This document shows, piece by piece, positions 39,026-49,835 of a stretch of 64,000 nucleotides of DNA. A program made the position numbers and the translations under genes. This DNA is from Vicugna vicugna. Its lineage: Eukaryota. Numbering within the stretch: the stretch's first letter is position 1; every line of letters begins with the position of its first letter. Below the pieces are notes generated by a model. It was not told where the DNA came from. It saw only the letters and a program-made list of their open reading frames with translations, and ran no database searches. The stretch spans positions 1,488,001 to 1,552,000 of the forward strand of contig MU058000.1 in NCBI GenBank assembly GCA_013265495.1. Reading direction: 5' to 3'.

Positions 39026-39807
39026 TGGTGTTTCTTGAATCTATTACTTGTCTGTCATTAATTTTGGAAAATTCCAAGCCAGTAACTATAAATTGTCTGC
39101 CTTATTTTTCTCTTCCTTTGGGATTTAAATTATACATATATTATGTTAGAACATTTGCTATTGTCCCACATCTTCTGAATGTTCTGTTCTTCCCCTGCAC
39201 CCTCTTTCTAGGGACCTATCCTCAAGTTCACTAATCCTTTTCTCATCTGTGTCCAGGCTACTGATGAAACCCTTGAATGTGTTCTTCATCTGTGACTGCG
39301 TTCCTGCCTTGCCCCCAGCATTTCATTTGATTTTTTCTAATAGTTTATATTTTATTGAAATTTCTCATGTATCTTGTATATTTTGCACTTTTTGGTCTGG
39401 AGTCTTAATCTGTTTTATAGTTATTTTTAGTACTCCGTGATACAGTCCCAACATCCATGCTCTATTGGAATCCAATCCTGTTGATTTCTTTGACTATTGG
39501 CCACATGATTTTTTCTTGCTTTTTGATTTATTAATTTTGTTGTTAAAAGCAGGTCATATTATGCAGATCAATAGAGTAAAGTAAAGGTATTTATTCCATA
39601 ATGTACGTATGTATCAAATCATTGTATTTTATACTTTGTGTATTATATTTATCAATTATCCTTTAATAAACTTAGGAAAAAAGAGTGAGGTAAGTAGTTT
39701 TTTATTCTTAGGTATGAGCATGCCTTTTCTTCTACTTGGCCTTTAGTTTCAAGATTTGGGCTAATCTAGTCCATAATTGTGCTGGCTTTAAGGTTGATTG
39801 GTGCTAA

Positions 39808-40220
39808 TGTTACAGCAAAGTGTTACAGCAAAGTGTTACAGCAACGTGGATCCCGGCGAGAGACCAAGTGAGACTTGGAGGGTTGCAGAACTCAGGTTTA
39901 TTATGCCGGCGGGCCTAGAGGAGTTAACACTCCAAGCTCTGGACCTGGTCTGTAGGTTTATACAGGCTTTTATAGGTTACTACGCAAGATTTTGCAACAT
40001 TGTATGCAAATAAGGTGTTACAAATGAACCAATCAGGAGTCAGCTTTGGGACCAATAGAATCTTAGGGATACGTTCTGCTTTCCTAGAAGCAAGCTGTTT
40101 TACAGAAGCACAGAAAGCAAGATAATGCTGCAGGGCCAGGGAACCGGATGGCACCAGCAGGAAAGTTGTGGCCCTGCCTGTGGATCCTGCTGGTCTTTAT
40201 CATGGGGATTTCCCACCTCA
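39808..40220 (-). mobile_element. Young ERV solo LTR with intact promoter architecture
   Basis: TG...CA ends; near-TSD ctaa/ctac; minus-strand TATAAAA (39968-39974) and AATAAA (39897-39902); two CCAAT boxes (40029, 40052); retained CpGs. Confidence 0.88.
39998..40011 (+). promoter_or_regulatory. Compressed SOX-OCT composite motif (CATTGTATGCAAAT) in LTR U3
   Basis: Exact Sox half-site abutting a perfect octamer; function untested. Confidence 0.5.
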
Positions 40221-41794
40221 CTACGATTAAACTCTCAGTGTGTCATAGGCTTTAAATTCCTCTAGGACACTTGTGCTTAGGATGGGAGCTGGTTTGTCAG
40301 AGGGTTTCACTCAGTGGCTGGTACATCCTCTGCTGTATGTCTTCTCTTTGTGCTTTACCTTGGAGCTAGAATGTTCCTGTGTGCTGATTCTTCCAGCAGC
40401 ATTCCTCTTTTAGTTGATATTTGTTAGCCAGATGCTGGGGGCTTGAGGTGAAATGTTTTCTATTATTCAGATTAAGCATCCATCTCAGGTAAGCACTGTG
40501 ACCTTACGTCTTTGGGATACAAGCTTCTCGGAGGTCCTGCCCCTCTTCCAGATTTCTGGACCAGCTGGTGTTCTTGGCCATCCTCTACATTTTCAGTTTC
40601 CTTTTCCTCCCTGCAGTGTGTTTTCATTAGTGCCTTCAGGGTGGCAATGTTGTTAATGCCCTGCCCTTCAGATTAAGCCTTTTGCTCCACAGAGGAGAAG
40701 GGGAAGAAGGGCCCAGATCCGGTTTTTTGTCTCTCCTGAGATGCCTGCTGTTTTCCTTACTTTGGTTGCAAAACAAAAACTTTATCAGTATTCTTGCCAG
40801 AGATGTTGTGAGTGCCCACCAAGAGGAAAAGCTTAAGGAATATGCACATTCCCTCTATATCTAGGGGCGTTCCCACCTATTTGTTAACTATTCTAGCTGA
40901 ATTCTTTCCAGAGCCAGGATGTGTTTGCCTCAGATAAGCAAATGTAGCACCCCTGGTCTCTTCTGGGCTAAATTTACTGTGTGTCTAGCTTATTTTCATA
41001 CTAAGGGTGGGGGTGATTATTGCAGTTTTGCTTTGCTTATTTTTGTTTACTGAAATGTATTATACCTCTACATTTGCATTTTTAATTTTATATTCCTGTG
41101 CAATGTATATTCAAACAGATGTATGTTACCAATGCCATGTTTTCTCCAGGCTACACTAACTTAGAGACTAGGATAATGGGAACTATACAAATGAAAACAA
41201 GACCATATTCTGACATTAGATCCCAGAAGGAAACCTGGGCCTCTCATTGCCTTGCAAGATCGCTCATGTTGGCCTGGAAGTGCTCATCAATTTCTCTCAT
41301 ACTCTGTGAGATAAAATGACTCATTGAGGGGCACAGGTGACCATGTCCTCCCATTGTGTTAAACTTTGTTATATATTAGGCAACACAACAGAGTAATATG
41401 TTCTCATTTTCCTGCATTGTGTTGAGTAGTAGCATTTGTGTTTGATTCTCCTTTTTTTTAATTCATTGGTGGCCTGCGCTAGAAACTTAGGAAAAACAAA
41501 CAACAAGATTAGGAACAGGAGGAGGGAGGAATGGAGACGGGTAGTGTGGATGAGAGTAGACAATAATTTATGCTGTATTCACCTCCTTCTCTTCACTGCC
41601 ACTTTCTCCTCCACTGAACTCAAGCTTGTTGGCATCGCTCCCTGAAATGTGTTACCTAACTTTTACGGATTACTTGGGAGATGGGATTGATGGGGAGCAG
41701 GAGCTGGAATCTTGGGGACAGTTAATTATTTCCTCCAAATAGCTAAGTTTGAGATCTCAGGAGCAGTAATCAGCTTTGCTGTGTCGCTGTCATA

Positions 41795-42150
41795 TTTTCA
41801 TTCATTCCTTCCAAAATATTTATTAAACTTTCTGTATGCCAGACATTCCGCCAGTTGCTAAGAATAAAGTGCTGAACAGACTCAGTTCTCAAACCTTTAA
41901 GTGTTTATGGTTGAGTTTAACAGTAGATGTTACTTGAGTTCTTACAAGTGCCAGGTCTCTTACCATCATTATCGTATTTCCTTTAATCCTCAGAACGGTC
42001 CTACGAGGTAGATTAATATCTTTACCTTACAGTTAAGAAAACTGAAGACATTAAGGATGAAGTAAAACAGTCACATAGCTACTGGAGATAAAGGGAAGAA
42101 GCTTCAACATTAGGCTGGACAGGGTGACCTGATTCTATTAGCTGAACTCT
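41795..42150 (-). mobile_element. L2 3' end followed by MIR (both antisense)
   Basis: 'ttcattcattcc...atatttatt...tatgccagaca' then 'ttaatcctcagaacggtcctacgaggtag...ttacagttaagaaaactgaag'. Confidence 0.7.
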
Positions 42151-43579
42151 CAGTTGTGCAAATTTTGGTCCCTCTTGCCCTTGAGTCTGAATTAGAAGCA
42201 GACATCTCTCTATTTGGGCCTTTACTTTAGGGAGGGACATACTTTTCACCTACATCTATATTTTACTAGTCACATCTGTTTATGCTTTTACGTGCCTATG
42301 TATTAATATATTAATTTAAATATAAGATCAAGCCCATTCTTGGAGTGGTGTTTAGACTAATATAATTAATATCAGGAAAGTGACAGCCCCTACCAAATAT
42401 GGAAAAAAAAAGTACAGATATTCACAACAAACTGAAATGTCAACATCCTTTTAAAAATGGCCAAAACAAACTTACCTACACTTGAGATAAGAATGTCAAA
42501 CAAAACAAGAAAATGTATTTGGAAACTTCCTTGTGGTTGGTGTTGATGAGTTAGAATGGTAAAGAAATGCCGTGCGTTTTCCAATTTGACAGGACTTTTT
42601 AATAACGCTCACTAGTAGACAAAGCCAGCGACCTTAATGGTTTTTAATGCCCATGTGTGTTTTCCCCGGTGCCTCTTTTGCAAATAGACCATTTCCCATA
42701 TTTGGGTCATAATGAATACTTTTGGACATATACTTGTATTACTGTCTTTTTATTTGTGAAGATCTCTTGAAGGGCAAAAAATGTGTTTAATAACTTACAC
42801 ATTCAGTCAGAGTTCAGTGAAATTACGTTAAAATTCCATGTGCATCATGGTAGTTTTACAAGCTCTTAAGTGTCAGGTGCTAGGGGTAAAACAGGGTTAG
42901 ATAAGTAGATGTAGTGTTTGGTAGTAGAACAGGTGTAGATTTGGGGGCCAAGTACATTTAATATAACTTTGAATATTACTTATTCTCCATAGAGAAGTCC
43001 TTTGATCTTAAAAACATCAAGTGGCTTACACATGATATATGTGACTGAAAGAAAATGTACAAATGTACTTACGCCAAAAGTAGGGCAGGACAAATGACAG
43101 GCATCCAAATCAATGGAACTAAATTTGTAAACTAAAAATAGATTATAAATGTACATGCTCATTTGTAAAATAGGGATGATAGTATCTATTTTACAGGATA
43201 ATGATCAAAATATTAACACTTTATAGCAGAAAGGCCAGAACCTGGTTCCAAGCAGATACTTATACACAGATGGTATTGTTTAATGTTAATTATTATAAAA
43301 TTAGTCCCTGGTTTCAATGTGCTTATAGGTTAGTGTAATTATTTTCAATCTATTTTTAATCATAGCCTTCAGTAAGAAATCCTTTAACATTATTGTCTAG
43401 TATGTGACATAGTGCGTGAGCTCCCCCCACCCCTCTTCTGAGTGAGAGAAGAATTTGTTAGGGCAGTATTATCTTTACTATATGTGATGGTCCATCCTAT
43501 TCTACCTTGCCCTACCCTGTTATATACATTCTTATCCTAATTCACTAATGGGGCACAACTCGCAGAAGACATGATTGAA

Positions 43580-44180
43580 TCTGTCTTGAAGTGTTAAGGA
43601 GAGCTTTACAGAAAATACCTTCTGTCATAATTTGGGGGAAAGAGTTTGCAGGGTAAATAATCGTTAGAGACAGGGGAATTCTATTTGGGGTGTAGAATGT
43701 ATGGAACTTTGGATAATTCCAAGTTGTTTAGTGTATCTTGAACATTAAGTATATGTATATCCTACAACTAGTGGTACCATAAAAGATGGGATAATGTAGA
43801 TAGGAGACAGAATCAAGAAAGGCAATATTAAGTAACCTTGTGCTTATCTTATTGAAAGCTATTAAGCACTTTTAAGCAAGGGGATGAAATGGTCATATTT
43901 ATATTTTAGAAGAGCCCTGTGTTGGTACCAGAGAAGGTCACCATGCAAATGTTGAGAACAGAAGCTTTGAAGAGGCAATTAGATGAAGCTGTGGAAAGAT
44001 TATGAGGACCTAGAGAAAGACCATAATGGCAAGGATGGAGAGAATGGATTCAGTCCATATTTAAGAAGTAATTAAGTTTTTTATTAATTTGGGCAAAGGA
44101 AAGGGAGTAATGTAAAATGCCCCTACCTTTTTATTCCATATGGAGCTAGATACGGATGGCATCTTTTGTTGGGAATGAGA
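43580..44180 (-). mobile_element. L2 LINE, degraded
   Basis: 'ttttaagcaaggggatgaaatggtcatatttatattttagaaag', 'ggatggagagaatggattc'. Confidence 0.6.
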
Positions 44181-47100
44181 AGTCTAGGTAGGTCATTAAA
44201 ATGGGAAACCGGATAGATGTATAAGGAAGAGAGGGGGAAAAAAGTAGAAGGTTATGTTGTTATATTTTTAGAAAGTGTGTGTTAGGAAAAACTGAATTTC
44301 TCTGTTTATTGGTTTACAAAGAAAATTCCTCTTTACTGTAATGAATCTACAAGTCTTTTGACAATAAACATGGAAATTACCTAAAATACGAGGGAAACAT
44401 TTAAGAGCTGGGCATCTGAGAATCTCCTTTGCATAAGAGCTAGAGAAGGTACTTGTCCCATTAATTATGTCTGCCTAGTCTTAGTTTATGTAATGGCAGG
44501 AATTCAAAAATTAAAAAAAAAAACATAAAAAGAGCAAGAGGTTTTGGGGGGAGTCCCTTGGTCTTGATATAATAAAGAGTGGTTTGCACATAATGTATAT
44601 GAATGAAAACAATGTATTTATCAGAGAAATGGGTTAGACCCAGAAATGAAATGCATTCAAATATGTGGAACTGAATTTTTGTAAACCAAAACCAACAGAT
44701 AGTCTTTCTCTTCCTTCTTTTCTATTCAGTTTGTTTTATTTCTGCTATTTCCCCCCTCCTTATATCATTCTTGAGTCCTTTGTAATTTGCTAGGAGATAT
44801 ACCTCTTGCTATGTAATGCATTACCAAATGTAATAACTTAAAACAGCTATTTTATTTTGCTCACAATTTTGAGGTATTTTATGTGGTTGCAATGTGTCCT
44901 TCATTGGGGGTAAGATTCATGTAGCAGGTCACTTAGATTTCAACTTCAACACTTAAACTACAACTTCGACTTTTAATTAGTAATAAAGATAATATTTTGA
45001 CCCTCTTATTTCAATACTTTTGTTTCATTTCTAGTTGTACCTAGAAGCCACATGGAGAAAGTAGTACTATTCACTGCATTAACAATAAGCCTTCACTTTC
45101 ATGATCATCTAGCTAATCCTTTTTCCATTTCTTTCTTTGTTCTAATTTTCATTGATAAATTCTGGAGGGATTTTTAAAATAATTGCATGAGGATATCTTC
45201 AAGTTGCCATATACTCTTACTCAGAATGGTTGACGACACCAAGGAAGCAAACCCCCTTAGCCATTGTGTTGATATCTTAGGTTTCTGTCATCAAAAGCTG
45301 GTAATTTAAATACACATATGAAACACGCGTATTTATTCATTATTTAACTATCATGTGAATTAAATGGCCCTATAATCAGAGGATGAGAGTTATGGAGCAA
45401 GGAGATGAATCCCATCTGACTTACAGTTCTTCAGATGAAAATAGTATGTAAATTGCATAAATTTCTATTTCTTCTACTTTCTGTTTCTTCCCCACGTCCT
45501 GATGACTTGCATGTCTGGTGCATGTTGGGGTGGACCAGGGCTTTCTAGGAGGAAGGGGTCTTCATGCCCTGGAGAAGGTTTTGAAGCAGGGTACGTCTTT
45601 GAACTTGGCTTTGAGGAATATAAAACTAAAGGATATTGGTATATTCAGTGTCAAAGACTTAGCTAACAGAAATGGGGAAGTCTTATGTAAACACACATAT
45701 TGCTTTTAATCAGGTTACTAGGGTAAGAGGTAAGGTGATTGGAAAGAAAACCCTCACAGCCTAGAAGTTGAGTTATTTTTTCTCATTTGAAAGAGAGGCA
45801 TCAGAATGATCTGTACGGAGTGGGAGCAATACTAGGTGATGCAAAGTTGTCTGAGGAATAGTTGGAGGTTTTAATGAAGTCTTGCTCTCAGCTCTGTATT
45901 TAGAGCTCCTCCCGACTTTCTTAAAGCGAGGTTCACGGTGCGGATTTGTTTTGGGCTGTTTTCTTTTCTCCTTAATGTTGCTCTGAGGCAAGTTTATTAT
46001 TATTATCATTTAGTCTGCCTCACTAACTGATTAGCAGAGGTGCTCTAAAAACAAATCTTTTGTGTTGCTCTTCTGAGGAGTGGCGAGGAGAGGAGAGGCT
46101 GGGGAAATGGTGATCCCTCGGAAGCAGTATGGCAGAGGAGGAGGAGGCTGAAGTGAAGTAATAAGCCCTAGGTAAAAAGGTGAATGGTGACAGACGAAGA
46201 GGGAAGGGAATAAATGAACCGCAGGAGGACCACTGGAGGAGAGAAATATGCTCGGCAATGGAGAATTGATGGTCTGAGTGTAACCAAAAATAAAGTTCTG
46301 TGGTTTAACCAGAGTGTGTGCAGCAGAATTGCAAGATACGTGTGCACCTTTTAGCCAAGGAGTATTCATTCTTATTTCCCTTCTTCATTTGTTACTAAAT
46401 TTCTTCATGCAGGGATGTGCTGCTACATTTGGGAGCAAAGTTTGGATTATTTTGTGTTTGAGATAAAACTGAAGAGAAGGATAGCAATGAGCATCTACTC
46501 TGTCATAAGGGGCTGATTTAGTTTAACGTTATGGTTCCGGGAAACAGTCTAAGAGTACTGGATTCTTGCCTTTATTACTGCTCTACCTGACTATATGAAT
46601 ATGGTCTGAATATATGTCTACGTCCACCACTAAAATGAACTCTTTAAGTGTAGGAGCAGTTCACATACTGTCTGTGTCTAGCATGGTCTCGGGCACAGCA
46701 AAATAAATATGTAATTAAAACTGTGCCCCGCCTCCTGACCCACGTAAAGAATAAAGGATGCTCAGTGATGTTCATTGTAGTTTTGCTTTTATTTTACATG
46801 GACAGTATATATCCGGGGGAGAAAAAAATGATTTCCTGTTGGCCTCTACCTTCTTCAGCATCAAAGAGCTCTAGATGGATATAACTTGTGTAGAAATTCA
46901 GCTCTGCCTGGATCCCAAGCCAATCTTGATCAGGTTAAGAAAGACAGCAGCTACATCTGCATCACTTGGAAGCATCTAGGGTTATATGTGTGGCTCTAGA
47001 ATTGATACGCTTCGAGTGAGATTGAATTCTGTGCTTGCCAGGAGCAAAGGGAAAGAGGGCTCTTTTTAAAACCTTAGATCTTTAAAATAGAATTTTTCTT

Positions 47101-48675
47101 CACATTTCTGGGAATTTCCTGGTATGACATCTTTTGCTTTCCAGATTGTATCGGTATTTGGATTTCCTGTTAGTGTATTTTTTACTTATAGTTTGAGAGT
47201 ACTTTTCTGCCACATTGCCTTAATTCAGAGTTCGTTTTTTGAAACTTGAAATACATGGTAGATACTATATACTGGGGAGGTTGGGGCTGGGAAGGGACTT
47301 AAATCCCTACACTTACATCCCTCAGAACTAAGACGTCTGCCAGACACCTGACTTCTAAGTTGCCCATTAGGGAACCAAAACTGAAGTTGAAATTATTGAA
47401 AACTCACAATGTCCTTTAATAATAGTGTGGAGCACTCAACCTCAGATCAGTCATTAGCAGCTAATTATAGTATCATTTACTTGTTATGTATTCTGTTAGT
47501 CTGTGGGTGGTAAACTTGAGCATGGTTTGGGACAGGACTTGAGTTAAGAGGTGGAGCGACTGCTAGCTTATTCAACTTCAGTGACACTTGCAAATGCTTT
47601 CTTTATGGTGACCTCTAGTTTAAATTTATGTGGCTCACTTAAATGTCAAACAAGCTAAGTGGTGCATTTCATTAATGAAAAATTAATGAAAACTTTGGGC
47701 TGGCACGTACTACTTGTTTACAATATATATAATTCATTAGGAAGACATCTGTCAAGTGAGGGCCTTGGCATGGGTCTGGTGGCATTGTAAGCAGGCTCTT
47801 TTCTCTTCCTTCCAGTTAATCAAAGTGCAAGACTGGGAAAAATTCACATAAAACAGATTTAATGGGTCTTTAGGGGAAGTTTTGCAGAATAGGGTACATG
47901 AGTCATAAATATCACATGTAAAATCTATTTGGTCCAAGTTATTTAGGATTGGAAATGGCTATAATTTCATTTTATAATAAAAAAAAAATGCCCAAGTGTT
48001 TAGATCAGGAACTTTAGTCCAGGCAGAAGTCCCACATTCTTTCTAGATCCTTGTCATTAACCAGGCTCCATATTGAACAAATCACTTTAGGATTTTAGAG
48101 AGCTAATTTATATCCACTAAATGGAGGTGAAACTGGGAACTACATCCCTAGATATGGGTCATAATCACTTATTGTCTAAAAATCTATAAAAAGTGAATAT
48201 CATTTACATACCCATTTTTGTATGTAAAACTCCCCTGACCCTGATAATCCTGTTATAAAAGAAAAATTTTTTTTTAAAAATTCACTTCAGAGGAGTGCAT
48301 TATTTCTGCATAAGCAGTGGTCCTTTAGGTAGTCAAGTAGCTGACAATATCATTGGTCTCTTCTGCTTCTGTTCTTCTCACCTTCTTGCTCAGATATTTC
48401 CTTACTTTCACTATTTTGAAGAGTTTACAGATCTTCTATTTTCAAGGCATGATAATAGGTACTAGAGGAAAGGTGAATAATTGGTCATGGAGGGTCCATG
48501 ACAGGTACTTTATGTGCCACTGTTTTTTCATCACATGCAAAATGGCTTGATTTACATAGGTGGGACTCCAAAACATATTTAATAAATGGAAAAAGAATGG
48601 TCCTTGTCCTGAAGTAGTTTTTTCTAGTGGAGAGATGGAATATTCAACTACAAGCATAATCTGTAGATTGATGAC

Positions 48676-49243
48676 TGTGATGATTAATTTTATGGGTCAA
48701 ATCGACTGACCTAAGGGAGGCTCAGAGTCAGTTATGTCTGGGTGGGTCTGTGGGGACGCTTCTGGCAGAAGTTACCATTGATGCAGTAGACTGAGTAAAG
48801 AGAACCACCCTCTCCATGGTGGGTGGGCATCACCCAATCCTTTGAGGGCCCAAATACAACAAAAAGAGAGAAGGAGGGGCAGATTTCCTCTCTCTTCTTG
48901 AGCTGGGATATCCATCTTCTCCTGCCCCCAGACATCAAAGCTCCTGATTCCCTGGCCATTGGAGTCTGGGACTTTTACACCAGGGACCTCCCGGTTCTCA
49001 GGCCTTTGACCTTGGACCGGGAGCTACACCATCAGCTTCTTAGTGGCCTCCACACTTGGACTAAATTATACCACCAGCTTTTCTGGTTCTCCAGTTTGCA
49101 GATGGCAGATTGTAGGGTTCTCAGCTTTGATAACCATCTGAGCCAATTTCTATGATAAATTGAGCTCTGTGTGTGTGCACATATGTGTGTGCACACATAT
49201 GAATGTGTATGGGTACGTACTATTTCTCTGGAGAACACTAATA
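48676..49243 (+). mobile_element. MLT2B-like ERVL solo LTR
   Basis: 'tgtgatgattaattttatgggtcaa...agtagactgagtaaag...gggtgggcatcacccaatcc...gcagatggcagattgt...tttctctggagaac'. Confidence 0.9.
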
Positions 49244-49589
49244 GTTAGCAGATTATAAGTCACCCTAGCTATGTGACATATATATTTGAGAAGGTGGAAC
49301 CATCTCTTCTGGCCTGGGTTACAGGAGATAGTGGACTTTCAGTTGATCCTTGGAGAGTAAGCAAGTTTCATAATTGTTCTTTATCTTTGTGGCACAAATT
49401 CTCTGCAGTGCTGGACACATGAAGTGTTCACAAATATCTAAGGAAGAAAATATGGAAAGAAAGAAGAGGAGGGAAAAGCAGAAGAAGGGAGAATTTACCA
49501 CACCCATATTAGAACTTTAACATTTGTGTAGGCAAGTGTGATTGAGAAGTATGGTGACAATGAGAAAGAAGATGAGACGGGAGGAGAAG

Positions 49590-49835
49590 TTGAAGCATGG
49601 AATACAATCTCTGAAGCTGGACTTCTAACATTTAATTCAGCCACTATCACTGACCACTGACTACCTTCTTAACCCTGGGTGGCGCATTTCAGACCACTTT
49701 GCCTCCATTTCCTCATTTTTAAAATGAAGATGATAAAAATACCTCCCTCATAGTGTTGCCAAGGGGATTAAACTAATGTCATTAAGTGCTAAGAACGATA
49801 TTTGCCACATAGCAAGCGCTATATTCAGGTTTATT
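49590..49835 (+). mobile_element. MIR SINE
   Basis: 'gcctccatttcctcatttttaaaatgaagatgataaaaatacctccctcatagtgttg...cacatagcaagcgct'. Confidence 0.78.

Larger units (their letters stand above)
37750..40990 (-). mobile_element. Old L1 (L1MC/MD-like), heavily deleted, hosting younger insertions
   Basis: 3'UTR 'ggttttgacaaat...ggcaaccactgatct', ORF2 remnant 'ataaatcccact...ttggatttga', ORF1/5' remnant 'cttcagcatgataaagatgttactc'. Confidence 0.7.

Noticed and set aside
41150..41305. 156-nt open exon candidate
   Set aside because: Weak donor (TCT|GTGAGA) and unrecognised peptide
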